Source: Octopus sinensis (Eukaryota). From it: DNA of 64,000 nt. A program made the position numbers and the translations under genes. Below the pieces are notes generated by a model. It searched no databases, was not told where the DNA came from, and saw nothing but the letters and a program-made list of their open reading frames with translations. The stretch is from assembly GCF_006345805.1 (NCBI RefSeq), contig NC_043006.1, forward strand, positions 93,930,001 through 93,994,000. Direction: 5' to 3'. Each line of letters starts with the position of its first letter. Positions within the stretch are counted from its first letter, which is position 1. This document shows positions 50,406 through 64,000 of the stretch, piece by piece.

Positions 50406-52809
50406 ACACGCACACACACACACACACACGTTAGCTTACAATTTTATTTATATATTTGCGTGTCTATGTGTGTAAAGAGGAAGTGGGAATGCAGAGTGAA
50501 AGAGTCAGTCACTACAAAAAGTGAATTACTTTCACTTTATTCGTTGCACACTGTGTGTGTGCGTGTGCGTGTGCTGTAGCCGACACTAAGAAAAGCATTT
50601 GACTTATACACCACAATGTGAGTTTTTCTAAATTTTGCTTAATTGGGGTTGAAATTTTAAAAACTGGACTGGCAAGACCCGATGCATCTACTCTTAAAAA
50701 TGCTAGGTAAATTGTAATTGAAGGAATCCTATATTGTAGATTTCTATAAAGACAAAGGGAGGCAGATAAAATCTGCCTTTTATAATAAGAGATATATATA
50801 TCTCTTATTATAAAGGCAGATTTTATCTGCCTCCCTTTGTCACTTATAGAAATCTACAATATAGGATTTCTTCAATTACAATTTACCTAGCATTTTTAAG
50901 AGTAGAATGCATCGGGTCATGCCAAGTCCATTTTTAAAATTTAAACTCCAATTAAGCAAAATTTACAGAAAACTCACATTCTGGTGTGTATGTCAAATGC
51001 TTTTCTTAATGTGGTTTACACCACACGCACACGCACACACACAGTGGGCACGAATAAAATGAAAGTAATTCACTGTGTGTGTGTGTGACAGGTAGACAAT
51101 AGAATGCGATGGCGATGGCGATGTAATATTTGTTTCTGTCTATCACGCTGATAGATACATGAGTAAAATGTATGACAAGCTAAGAGATAAGAGTGAGTGA
51201 AAATGTTCTTGGAAGAGAGTAAATAGCGAGAGTGATTTGAGGAAGACTTTACATTAATAACCGTAGTGGCTTGTATATATATATATATAATATACATACA
51301 TAAGACAGTAAGGTGTGATTTGAGGGAGATTTGGCTGCTATTTCTACCATGTCTAGCTGCCATGTAGGGGTCTCCCTCATAGGCTCATACATACATATAT
51401 ACATAGATAAGACAGTAAGGTGTGATTTGGGGGAAATTTGGCTGCTATTTCTACCAGGTCTAGCTACCATGTAGAGGTCCCCCTCATTGGCTCATATATA
51501 TACATACATAAGACAGTAAGGTTGATTTGAGGGAGATTTGGCTGCTGTTTCTACCAGGTCTGTCAGGCCTTCTCATGTAAACTCAAGCTTTCTCATGCCT
51601 TGAACATAAACCAAAGCAGAGAATGTATTCTTTTATTCTTCTGCTTTTTCCAGCCATTGTCTGTGGCCATGCTGGGGCAATGCCTTGAAGAATTGTAGTT
51701 TAATGAATCAACTCCAGTTTTATTTTTGTACGCATTGTACTTATTCTATCTGTTTCCTTTGTCAAACCACTAGGTGACAGGGATGTAAACAAACCAACAT
51801 TCGTTTGTCAGCAGTGGTGGAGGACAATCACAAGCACAGACACGCACACACAACACATACATGCATACACATATACATACATACATACATGTATATATAT
51901 GTGTTATATATATATTGCAGCGTGGAAGGTGTTTGTAGCCATTTAAGAAACACACAAAAACCGTTAGATTCACTTCAACATTTAAATTTAATTTGTCAAA
52001 ATATTTTCCTCGCTTTGAGACCGCGACCTGTTCACTGACAAAAATATCGTGCTAACAGGTCGCGGTCTCAAAGCGACGAAAATATTTTGACAAATTAAAT
52101 TTAAATGTTGAAGTGAATCTAACGTTTTTGTGTGTTTCTTAAATGGCTTATAAAGACCTTCACGCTGCAACTGTTTTCGTTCCACAACGATCTCAGATCA
52201 AGTCACTCAGCTATGCAAGTACATCTCTGTAACTATATATATTTATATAAATATATATATATATATATGTATATTGTAAAACAGTAAGATAACAAAAGAA
52301 AGAAAGAGACCTCAATATTATGTAAATAGAGGAAATTTTTATATATAAAAGTGAGGTTGTGTGTCTGTCTCCTACGATTTAGATTCCTAACTACTCCACA
52401 TTTTGCGGTGCGTTTAACCAAACCGGGTATCTTATAGTCGTGATTCATATCGAGACCGTCTGGGTATTACCGCGCGTCTACGATGAGTCTACGATTTAAA
52501 AAAAAATTTACCATCAATTTTCCCCCTTTTTAATCCATTTTTGACATATATAAGGGAAGTAAACTCTCTAAAATTTATTATTAAATCTCAGAACGTAAAA
52601 AGCTACGTACAACACCCCTCCCCCTTGTGTGGTTAGCCATATTGAGATGGCTATTATACTTTACATCTCTAAAAATGCTTATATAATTATTTCCCTTACA
52701 AACCCGAGCAACGCCGGGCGATACTGCTAGTATATATATATATATGACACACACACACACACATATATATATACGTATATATATATGTATATATTATATT
52801 ATATATTAT

Positions 52810-52840
<31 letters not shown>

Positions 52841-54750
52841 ATATATAATATATACATACACACACATACATATCTATACATATATATGTATATATATATG
52901 TGTCTCTGTGGTGTGTGTGTGTGCCACGCATAAACTAGAAGCCTGTTTAAATGCACGTCAATCCCATTTTGATAAAAATAGAGAGCCAGCAAACACCAAA
53001 CAAAAACATTCGGCATCTGAAGCTTTGACGTTCTTCACAACTGAAATTGCTACATTCAAATTAAAACACCTCAACGACCACACACAAACACTCTCACACA
53101 CACACTATCTGTCTGTCCGTCTGTCTGTCTGTCTGTTGTGCCTGATTGTCTATCTGTCTGTCATCTCTTCGGGATCGATAAAACGAGTACCATTTGAACA
53201 CTGGGGTCAACGTAATAAACTTAACTATATAACTAAAATAGTTGGCCCATGCCAAAATTTGAAACCAATATTTGGTACCCTGATTGCTTTAAACGGAGAC
53301 AGGTCTGGTTAAGCAAGCATTTGAGCCGATTCAGACAGAAAAAAAAATTATTCGGTCAAGGTTTATCCGGGGTGGAACCAATGGCGTAGTTAGAGTGAGT
53401 GCCGCCTGAGATGGCCTGTGATTGTACTGTTCCCATCGCCGTTGGGCAAAACGACCTATACACGCTTATACGATAAACCCAAAGTGCTGACTCCATAAAT
53501 GCGTCACCTGCGTGGCACTGTGCCACTCCACCCTGCACCCCCGCATCCCACCAACTATGTCTTCCTGGCCGAGTCCAGTCTCCTGCAAGTATTTGAGTCA
53601 TCTCTTTGTACTCTCCACACAAATTTAACAAAATGTAGGCGTAGCTTGCTTCCCATCCACATGGTTCCAGTTTCAGTGCCACTGTGTGACAGCTTGGACA
53701 AGTGTCTTCTACTATTGCCGCGGGCCGACCAAAGCCTTCTGAGTGATTTGATAGATGGAAACTGAAATAAGCCCGTCACACACCGCACACGCACACGCAC
53801 ACACACACACACACACACCACACACACACACACACACGTGTTTGTTTGTGTGTGTGCGCGCGAGTGCGTATCTTTGTGTCTGTGCCTGTCCTACACCACC
53901 TCTTGACAACCGACGCTGGTGTGTTTATGTTCCCGTAACTTAAGGTTCAGCAAAACAGATCGCTAGAATAAGAACCAGTCTTTACAAAATAATTACTAGG
54001 ATCGATTGGTCCGACTAAAAATTCTTCAAGCCAGTGCCCCAGCATGGCCGCAGTCTACTGCCTGAACTAAGTAAAAAATAAAAGATGCTAAAAGATAAAA
54101 ATAAATAAATAATAAACCATAAACGTTTGTTGAAGCTTGAAATCCAGACCAAAACGTCGCCATTAACCACAAATGCTAATATTTCAATGCGTTATACAAT
54201 GTTTAACAAACAACTGATGGCCATTTTTTCTATTGCTTCAGTCATTAGACTGCGGCCATGCTGGGGCACCAGCCTTGAAGAAATTTTTGTCGACTAAATC
54301 GACCTCTGTATTTTTGTTTTTTCCAAAGCCTGGTACCTGTTCTATCAGTCTCTTTTGCCGATTTTTTAAGTTACAGGGACGTGAACACATCTTTACCGGT
54401 TGTCAAGCGGTGGTGGGGAATAAAAAGGAAGGCATCTCCACTCCACACACAGACTTTCGAACGCAAATATGCTATTCGCTGTTGTGTACGTCACAGGAAA
54501 CAAGTTCTTCTCTACGACAACTACGTGTTCAGGAGGAGTTGTTCTCTATTGACAAATGCAACATCGATTAGCAGATTTGCGATCGAATCTGCCGGAATGT
54601 ATTAAGAATAAATTTGCAAGTTATTGTTTCGACTCTCGCTGTTCACTATAAAGACAACGATCAATAAATAAACCATTATGTTATAATAACCGATATAAAT
54701 ATTGGATGGCTTGTTGGTTGGTTGATTTCTGAAGTGACGTTTAATATCGT

Positions 54751-54816
<66 letters not shown>

Positions 54817-54993
54817 ACAGAAATGAAGAATTAACACTAGAGGTGTAAAATGTTGCCCATACAAGTTTGGTGGCAAGCATTGAGTGAACGAACGTTAGAC
54901 ACATTGTGATTGTCATAGGGAAAGAGGAGGAAAGGAGGGGGATACACACACACCACACACACACATATCTATCTATCTATCTATCTATCTATC

Positions 54994-55031
<38 letters not shown>

Positions 55032-55039
55032 ACATATAT

Positions 55040-55112
<73 letters not shown>

Positions 55113-56072
55113 CTATATATATATATATATATATTATAATTATTATTACTCTATGTTTGACTTTTGCTTTATGTCTGTACAAGTTGGCTCCAAGTCTCAC
55201 CCAGAGACCTCAAGAGACAACAGGTTGGATTTCTGTGCCATATATTTGGGGGGTTTTTTTTTTTTTTTTTTGGTGTTGTATTAGTGAATGTCTAATACAT
55301 AAAAAAAATAAATAAATAAATAAATTTTTTTTAAATAAAATAAAAAACTTTTTTTTTAATTATTATTATTATTATTATTATTGTTATTATTATTTCTAAG
55401 TCTCTCTAAAGGAGACTACGGTAGCGGTACTGGATATTAACAGTTATCGCCGAGCTAATATGGCAGTCCATAAATATAGGACGAAAGCTGCTGTTGATTA
55501 ACTCCAAGAGGCCATATATATATATATATATAATATATATATATAGATAGAGAGAGAGAGAGGGGGGTGAATATATGTGTGAATTTCCATTACGTAAAAG
55601 CAACAGGGAAGGTAATTTTGATTTCTTTTTTTTTTTTTACTTTTTAAATGTTGTTCTTTAATATTTAACTTATCTTAAAGCAATAAACATTTTTCTCTTG
55701 ATAATTAATATTCATTTCATCGTTTTGCATAAACATCAAGAAATCCGATAAAACTTAAGATTGTAATTATAGTGTGTAATTAATATTTCCTGACATTACC
55801 CATGGTGGTAAAGTATACTCCCTGCGTTTCTCGTCGTATGACGGGTTATAGGCTAGTAAATATCTTTTATTATTTTTTTTTTACTTGTTTCAGTTTTTAG
55901 ACTACGGCCATGCTGGGGCACTGCCTTTGAGGAATTTTATTCGAATGAATCAACTTCAGTAATTCTTTGTTTAAAGTCTGGCACTTAATCTATCGGTTTG
56001 TTTTGCCGAATCGCTAAGTTACGGAGATGTAGACACACCAACATTGGTTGTGAAACGGTGGTAGGGGACAAT

Positions 56073-56162
<90 letters not shown>

Positions 56163-56385
56163 GACACGACGGGCTTCTTTCAGTTTCCGTCTACCAAACC
56201 CATTTACTAGGTCTTGATCGGCTCGAGGCTATAGTAGAAGAAGCGATCATTCGTTACTAGTAACATAGCTGTCACTTATAAACCCACGTAGGTTTATTCA
56301 CATTTCTGACGAAAAAAGATATTCTTCCCCCACCCCTAACCCTAACCCCACATATATAAAAAAATTAAAATTTTACGGCAAGTGA
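49430..56385 (+). repeat. Copy 2 of the ~7-kb direct duplication
   Basis: Starts gagagttacttccc as at position 1 and matches through ttttacggcaagtga (6934-6948); ORF track repeats with offset ~49428. Confidence 0.97.
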
Positions 56386-56887
56386 CGATCTTCTTCTTCA
56401 AATGTAAACAAATACACGTGATGTAAACGGGACTTATATCGAAAGAATGCCGTAGAAGACACTTCTTACCCATGTTTCCACACAGTGAGACTGAACCCGG
56501 AAGCATATGGTCAGGAAGCAAGCTTCTTACCACACAACTACACCTGCGCCTTTACATATTAATTATAGAATAATAAAACTTCCGACGGAAGTTAACGAAA
56601 AACTTCTTCGGTAAATTCCGGATTTCACTGAATTTTTTTTTAACCAGTTTATTCACCTAACCTTATCTATCCAATGTAATTCCTTTGTTTATTCAACTCG
56701 CCGTTTTGATATTATCGTTGTTTTATTGTTGTTTCTACTCTTCTCATCAATTCGCCACTCTAAGAAGGTTACTTTGAGATAAAAAAAAATGTCTGTGAAA
56801 AGACAAACACTCCATGCAATTCTCAATGGTGTGTTAACCTGTGGCAAAATGTCAGCAACTAGCCGTAAAAAAGATTAAAAGCAATAC

Positions 56888-56930
<43 letters not shown>

Positions 56931-56952
56931 CTCCTCTCCTCTCTCTCTCTCT

Positions 56953-56986
<34 letters not shown>

Positions 56987-57489
56987 CCCGCCATTAAATG
57001 TATATGTATGTGTATGTATATATGTATGTGTTTATATTTATTTCTCGCTCTTTCATACACACACACACTCTCTCTCTCTCACACACTGTCTGTCTCTCTC
57101 TCTCATTCTCTCCACCCGTCATACATTAAACTTATACCTGTGTGTACCTAAGCACGTACGTGCGCACGTATGTATGTATATATCTTTATAATCTTTATAT
57201 GTATTTCTCTCCCTGTTTTCCCCCCTTTCTATATATATGTATGGATGTGTGTGTATATACATACATGCAAATGTATGTATGTATATATGTATGTATGTAT
57301 GTATGTATATATGTATGTATGTATTATAAACTGAATGAGCAAAAACCAAAAGCAAAGCAAGAAAAACCTCAAGAGAGACGTTTGCACGGCAGGACACTTC
57401 CGGACATTAATATCCAAAACATATCAACCACTTGGAATGTTTTCAATAAAGGTATCTTCGATACATTTCGCACATACCTTTGAGAGACT

Positions 57490-57800
57490 AGAGAGATGTG
57501 AAGGTCCTTCATTTAGCAAGTGTAAGCATAGAGGCTCTCTTGGGACGTAGCAGGTTGAGGTTGCCGGCAGGCTGTAGAGTTCGGGTGGAAGACGAACAAA
57601 TTCCAAAGCGTCTACTCAATAGAGATTTAGGTTCTGGGAAAAGACCTCTTTACCTTACGAAGACTGCTTTAAAATTTGTCAAAAAACGAAATCATTTTTC
57701 ATGTGGAAGTTGGTAAATAATTACAATTGATAGGAGGACATCCAAGAGAAAACAATATGTACATACACTGGTTAATAAACAAAGTTAAATGAGGCGCGAG
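57490..57800 (+). pseudogene. RTE-clade LINE C-terminal remnant (different subfamily)
   Basis: SIEALL..RLR....RVEDEQIPKRLL..DLGSGKR matches the RTE RLRW.GHV.RM.D.RIPK.LL..GKR tail. Confidence 0.65.
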
Positions 57801-57832
57801 AAAAGAATTTCAATAGAGGAAAACATACAAAG

Positions 57833-58301
57833 TGTGCCCCACCCCGACTTCGTTCCCGCATAACTTTCAGAAAAATAGAGGATATTTTTAAAAAAGAAAT
57901 ATTCTACAAATACTTTTCAGATGGTGTAGATTACGATTATGTCGGAATTTAAGGTTAAAAGAAAAAAAAATTGTAGGCAGGCAGACATTCAGACACAGAT
58001 CACGTAATCATTTTAAAATTTTAAGTTTCGTTTTGAAAATATAAAGGGACGTGTGTTATTTTTTTTTCACGTTAAATTCCGGTACAATTGAAATTTACGC
58101 CATCTGAAAATTATTTCTAGAAAATTTAATTAAAAATTATCCATTTTCCTGAAAATTATGAGGAAACAAAGTCGATTCGTGTGACCTATCCAAAACCCCA
58201 CTTTTCCCACCTCCAGAAAACTTTTTCACAACAAATTCTGATGTATTCGTAATGTAGACCCCCTGAAAGTTATGAGGGAATAAAGTCGAGGGAGGGGCAC
58301 A
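57833..58301. mobile_element. Foldback MITE with nested inverted arms
   Basis: 57833-57870 inverts to 58263-58301; 57843-57930 also inverts to ~58090-58175. Confidence 0.7.
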
Positions 58302-58862
58302 ATTGTTTAAGGTATATCCCCAAATTTTAACTTTAAAAACAGTTTATTTTAAAACATATCAAAAACGCCGCTAAGTTTTTCTTTGTCTTCTTTGTGACAC
58401 AAATCCAGAACTGTGAAACCACAACTCTAGAAGAAGAATTACCCAGGCTCAAGTTACACAAACTTATAGGCTATTTCTTGCTTTGATACCAGTTCGTCCC
58501 GAAAATATCCTTGTTTCCAAGGATGTATAATTAGACTCGAAAACGGATGAAGGGTAAATTATTTCAGGACATTATTCAGACGGAATTATTATAAACAAAA
58601 GTTAGCATCTTTAGTGAGTGAGTGATGTTCAGCTTACACATCTATATTAATAAAACCTCCGTCCGAGGCCCCTATATCCAGGTTGCATTTGCTCTACATA
58701 GACATATGATTTCTGTTTTATTAATCATGCTTTATTGATCAAGCAAATTTATGAATAAGGGTTGTTTTTTTTTTTAACGGCTGTAAAACAGTAGTTCAGA
58801 TTGTTTAAAAACTGAGATTATATTTCAAAAGGTTAATTTGTCCCATATCTATGCCAAACATA

Positions 58863-59492
58863 CCGACTTTCATCTCCGGTAAGAAACACGGAAGTGACGT
58901 AGAGAATGCAGCCGTCCTAGCTGATGAATTTCCTCGATACAATTATAGCCATTGTTTACTCATGGAAGTGCCTTAACAGCCGACATACAAATATATTTTA
59001 ATGGTATTTCGACAACTATTGCCTAAAGCAAGAATTTTCTCCGTAGTAAACTGCAATGAAAAATTACGTTTTTACAGGTCAAATATGTTCAAAACATAAT
59101 TGAGCTGATCGAAATATTTAATTATAATTAATTATGAAATATAATAGAAAACGAATTCAATTAATCTCAAAAGTCATCACGTAAAAACAATGAAATATAC
59201 TTTTAAACGGCAATTAGATTAGTTTGATTTAACTATAATGTTCTGTGTTTATAAACTATTCTACAAAACTTAAATTAAGTCAATTTAATTAATCTTATAG
59301 CAAAAAAAAAACCGCGATTGAAGCAGTTTAATCAAGCTTAGTGTTTTATGTTTATAAAATTTTCTGTAAAATATTTAAATCATGTAATCATAATAGACAC
59401 CAAATGTAGACAATATTTGTATGTGTTGCGTGTCGGCTTAGACGTTTACAGACTCTACGTCACTTCCGTTTTGTAGCCTAAGTGAAAATCGG
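58863..59492. mobile_element. MITE-like element whose inverted repeats contain CGGAAGTGACGTAGAG
   Basis: ccgactttca...acggaagtgacgtagag (58863-58904) versus ctctacgtcacttccgt...tgaaaatcgg (59453-59492). Confidence 0.6.
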
Positions 59493-60187
59493 TCTGGTCA
59501 GCTGTTCATTGCGAACGTGTTCGACAAGTTTAGTTCTTTTTAACACTCGTGACGATCAACCCTTGTTATTTTCTTTCCTTGGGACCGTCGCATTCCATAC
59601 AAGCTTTTAACAGTAAAACAGACGATGAATTGAAAACGAATGATTACTCTTCTTATTCAACCACCCTCTCACTTATCACATTGTTACTGTGGTAACGCAT
59701 CCATTTGTTACTGATAAAAGGCTTTATACAGCTATTAATTTCATTTATTTAATTGTATATTCCACTGCAAGATAAGACTATAGAAAAATCCGTTGATAAG
59801 TGATAAAACTGGATTGTTGAATAGGCAGACCATTCCTTTAAACAAAGGGGTTTTCCTTCATAAGAAACATCAAGCTGCTTAATTACACAAATCTATTCTG
59901 TCAACTTAGGTAGGAACTTGGTTGCTGGAAGTAACGTTTCAGACATAGAAAGTTTATGGTAGCAAGATAAGTTAGCGAAATAAAAGTTGATATTAATTAA
60001 TACAACTAATTAAGTGGGTGAGCTGACAGAATCGTTCGCACGTCGGACAAAATGCTTAAGTCCTGTGAGCTGGAAAGGACGAAAAGCCTTATTAGATATG
60101 ACTCGTATAGAAACTATATTGTAGAATGAAAGCTTTTAATCAAGATGCTATGAGATCGGTATTTTGTCTTTGGTATTTCTCGATCTG

Positions 60188-60406
60188 ACAGAAACGTTAG
60201 CACGCCGGGCGAAATGCGTAGCTGTATTTCGTCTGCCGCTATATTCTGAGTTCAAATTCCGCCGAGGTCGACTTTGCCTTTCATCCTTTCGTGATCGATA
60301 AATTAAGTACCAGTTACCCACTGGGGTCGATATAATCGACTTAATCCGTTTGTCTGTCCTTGTTTGTCCCCTCTGTGTTTAGCCCCTTGTGGGCAGGAAA
60401 GAAATA
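60188..60406 (+). mobile_element. SINE family 2, 5'-clipped, with 16-bp flanking direct repeat
   Basis: ggtatttctcgatctg at 60172-60187 and 60407-60422. Confidence 0.85.
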
Positions 60407-61799
60407 GGTATTTCTCGATCTGCCCAAACGTGTATAGTTTCAGGTATATCTTTCTTGGACAGTGAAAGTATGAAATACATCGGGTTTCGTTAATACCCTG
60501 ACCAATTTATATCAATACTGAGTGCAATCGATTTCGATACCAACTGCAAAAGCGTGTTAGAGAGAATGGCTGCCAATTAGAAAGTTCAGCATCACGTTCT
60601 CTGACCGCCAAGTGTGTCCTCTTTCTTTGATTTTGCATGGTTGGGTTCTGGAACTCAATACTCGTAGGTTGGTTGTACGAAGAGGCACAAATAAATAACG
60701 GTCAGAACTTGATTTAGACTTGGTGAGGCATTAATCTATATAAAGCCCAGAGATGCCTTCTTGATCAATTACATTGGAATGTCTTATGGAATTTGGAAAC
60801 ATAAATGCTTATTTTGAAGCCCTGAGCTTTTTTTTTTTTTTTTTAGTTTATGCCTAAAACAGGCGCTGATAGTGATTCAATAGAAGAACGACAATTTAGT
60901 TAAATGGAGTTCGAATCAGGGGAAATCTTTGTTAAATTGGAAGAATATGTGGTAGTTACAATGTGAGATAAACAAGAATAAATTATCAAGACCATACTGG
61001 CACAAAGATCTGCTTACCGCTGACCCACAAATCTGTTTAAAAGTATTCCGGAATTTAGTTCCATCCAACTTGCACAGACAGAATGACAACAAGAGCGGAC
61101 AGTCTCACTCAAAACTGAGCCGGAGGTTGTCATGGATGAAAACTACACCTAAAATATGGGATGCGGCTTCGATATATCATTACATAAGGGTGGCTTGGAC
61201 TTACAGAGACATTCTAACTACTCCACCCATTTGTCGGACAAAATACTTTGCAATATTTTCTTCGGCATTTTCTGTTCTGATTTCAAATCCCAACGAAGTA
61301 AACTTTGCCTTTCATAGAACAATGTACCAGTTATACACGGGGGTAGATGTAATCGACAAACCCCTCTTTCGTCCCCACCAAAATAATTTCATGTCTTGAG
61401 GTCATAACTAGAACAGTTATCTGAAGATAGCAGATAACAGATTTAGTTCGATGCTGATCAAGCAGACTTATAATCAAAGGTATTTCCAGCCGTGACTCTC
61501 TCGTCATTGTATTTTCAGAGCTGCATTGTTTTTCTTTATTTGAGACTGTAGAATGTGACTTGAGGAAGAGCTAGTTGCTATTTTTAGCAGACCAAGCAAT
61601 CATGTCGAGGCTCTCTTGTTGGCACTAGAAAAGTGGTTCTTACCCGCCCTTTTTTTTATCATTATTTTTGCAGTACCCTTTTCTGAGGAGTTGTTATTCC
61701 AAGCGCCTCCTTTTAAGTAGTTATGCCAAGCAACCCTTTTTTAAAAGGTTGTTATGCCAGACGCCCACCTTAGTGACGAGCGCAGTATCGGAACCAGAC

Positions 61800-61801
61800 T
61801 A

Positions 61802-61834
<33 letters not shown>

Positions 61835-61838
61835 AAAA

Positions 61839-61881
<43 letters not shown>

Positions 61882-62515
61882 GAAGGAAAGAAGGAAGGAA
61901 GGACGAAAGACAGGAAGGAAGGAAGAAAGGAAGGAAGGAAGAAAGGAAGGAAGGAAGGAAGGAAGGAAGGAAGGACGAAAGACAGGAAGGAAGGAAGAAA
62001 GGAAGGAAGGAAGAAAGGAAGGAAGGAAGGAAGGAAGATAAACAGAAAGTAAAGGAGGGAAGTGTAAGATGAACGACAGAATGAAAAATGAAGACGGGAA
62101 GAAAGAAAGAAACAAAAACGAAGAAAGAAAAAGAAAGATAGAAAGAAAGAAAAAGAAAGATAGAAAGAAAGAAAAAGGGAAACGATCTGAAATATAAAGG
62201 AAGGAAAGAAGAAAAAATAAAATGAATGAAAGAACGAACGAACGAATGAACGCACGAAAGAAAGAACAAAAGAAAGAAAGGAAGAAAGGAAGGAAGGAAG
62301 GAAGGAATATAAATAGAGAGAAAGGGTGGGGGAAGGAAGGAAGGAAGGAAGATAAATAGAGAGAAAGGGTGGGGGAAGGAAGGAAGGAAGGAAGATAAAT
62401 AGAGAGAAAGGGTGGGGAAGGCAGGAAGGAAGGAAGGAAGATAAATAGAGAGAAAGGGTGGGGGAAGGAAGGAAGGAAGGAAGGAAGATAAATAGAGAGA
62501 AAGGGTGGGGGGAAA
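61800..62515. repeat. Polypurine tract: (GAAA)n, (GGAA)n and a 5-unit ~43-48-bp minisatellite
   Basis: ataaatagagagaaagggtgggg occurs five times between ~62308 and 62515. Confidence 0.95.
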
Positions 62516-63237
62516 TTAAAATCAGGAAAGACAGATTAAATTACAATAGGGCAAAATATAGTCATAATGGCGCTAGGCTTATGTAGTGGTGGCGGCGGTG
62601 TAGAGGCAGTAGTAGTAGGGATGGTGGCGGTGGCAGTGCTGTTGTGGTGCTGGTGGTGGTGGTGTGTAATAATGGTGGTGGCGGCGGTGGCGGCGGTGGC
62701 GGCGGCGGTGGCGGCGGTGGCGGCGGCGGCGGTGTGTAGCATCGTTGATGATGAAGAGGTGTTGCTGTGGTGGTGGAGGTAGTGTTGCTGTGGTGGTGGA
62801 GGTAGTGTTTGTGTCGTTAGTTTTACTACTGCTTAGCTCCTGGTCTTCCCCAGTCGAACAGGGCTATGATCAAGGGTATTCCAACCGTGACCATCGTAGC
62901 CTACCCCCCCTCCCGCTATGTCTGTGTATGAAAGGGACTCGGGACCACACGTCTCCAAATATCTTTTTTTTAAAAAAACAATTGGTTGTGATTTGAAGGA
63001 GATTTAGCTGTTGTTTCTAGCATCCTTATAGAGATTCCCTTACTATGGACGCTGTCTCAGAAAGAGAGAGTGAGAGAGAGAGGACGGAGAGGGGGTTTCA
63101 CCACCCTGAACTGGTAGTTTATTTAAACGGCCCTCGGTAAAGGACGAAAAGTTGACGTCAGCGGAATTTGAACTGAGAACGCGAAAAGCCGGAACAAATT
63201 ATCGCAAGGTATTTGCCTAATGCTGTTACGATTCAGC

Positions 63238-63689
63238 CTTGGTGGTGGTGGTGGTGGTGGTGCTGGTGGAGGTGGTGGTGCTGGTGGTGGTGGAGGTGGT
63301 GGTGGTGGTGCTGGTGGTGGAGGTGGTGCCGGTGGTGGTGCTGGTGGTGGTGGTGGGGGTGGTGGTGGTGGTGTGGTGGTGGTGGTGGTGGTGGTGGGGG
63401 GTGGGTGGTGGGTGTTGGTGTTGGTGCTGGTGCTGGTGGTGGAGGTGGTGGTGGTGGTGGGTGTTGGTGTTGGTGCTGGTGCTGGTGGTGGTGTAGGTGG
63501 TGGTGGTGGTGGTGGTGGTGGTGGTGGTGGTGGTGGTGGTGGTGGTGGTGGTGGTGGGTGTTGGTGGTGGTGCTGGTGCTGGTGCTGGTGCTGGTGGTGG
63601 TGGTGGTGGTGCTGGTGGTGGTGGTGGTGGTGGTGGTGGTGGTGGTGGTGGTGGGGGTGGTGGTGGTGGTGTGGTGGTGGTGGTGGTGG

Positions 63690-63720
<31 letters not shown>

Positions 63721-64000
63721 GCTGGTGCTGGTGCTGGTGCTGGTGGTGGTGGTGCTGGTGGTGGTGGTGGTGCTGGTGGTGGTGGTGGTGCTGGTGGTGG
63801 TGCTGGTGGTAGTGGTGGGTGGTGGTGGTGGTGGTGGTGGTGGTGGTGGTGGTGGTGGTGGTGGGTGTTGGTGTTGGTGCTGGTGCTGGTGCTGGTGCTG
63901 GTGGTGGAGGTGTTGGTGGTGGTGGTGGTGGTGGTGGTGGTGTTGGTGGTAGTGGTGGGTGGTGGTGGTGGTGGTGGTGGTGGTGGTGGGGGTGGTGGTG
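63238..64000. repeat. (GGT)n/(GGTGCT)n tract running off the window end
   Basis: Direct reading; a related GGT/GGC tract lies at ~62585-62800 and (ACC)n at 7049-7330. Confidence 0.98.

Overview
AT-rich, microsatellite-saturated eukaryotic (animal) DNA. The tRNA-derived SINE families resemble those I recall from octopod cephalopods; this is inference, not a database hit. Only one intact host-like coding region is supportable: a single-exon protein kinase (35971-36837) with all catalytic residues but an unusual LND catalytic loop. Almost everything else is transposon debris or simple repeats. DNA elements include two copies of a decayed DD34D mariner inside a 2.6-kb tandem duplication, a DD37D maT remnant, hAT (Buster/Charlie-like) fragments, Helitron pieces and a non-autonomous Helitron family, and many MITE/foldback palindromes. 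Retroelements include R4/Dong-clade and RTE-clade LINE fragments, a Penelope GIY-YIG remnant and three SINE families. Short repeats sitting in (TA)n tracts carry minimal hammerhead-ribozyme motifs on the minus strand. Positions 1-6948 recur near-identically at 49430-56385 and stop at a 100-N gap, so that duplication may be an assembly artefact. Most ORFs in the supplied track are microsatellite read-throughs. Coordinates of degenerate repeats are approximate.
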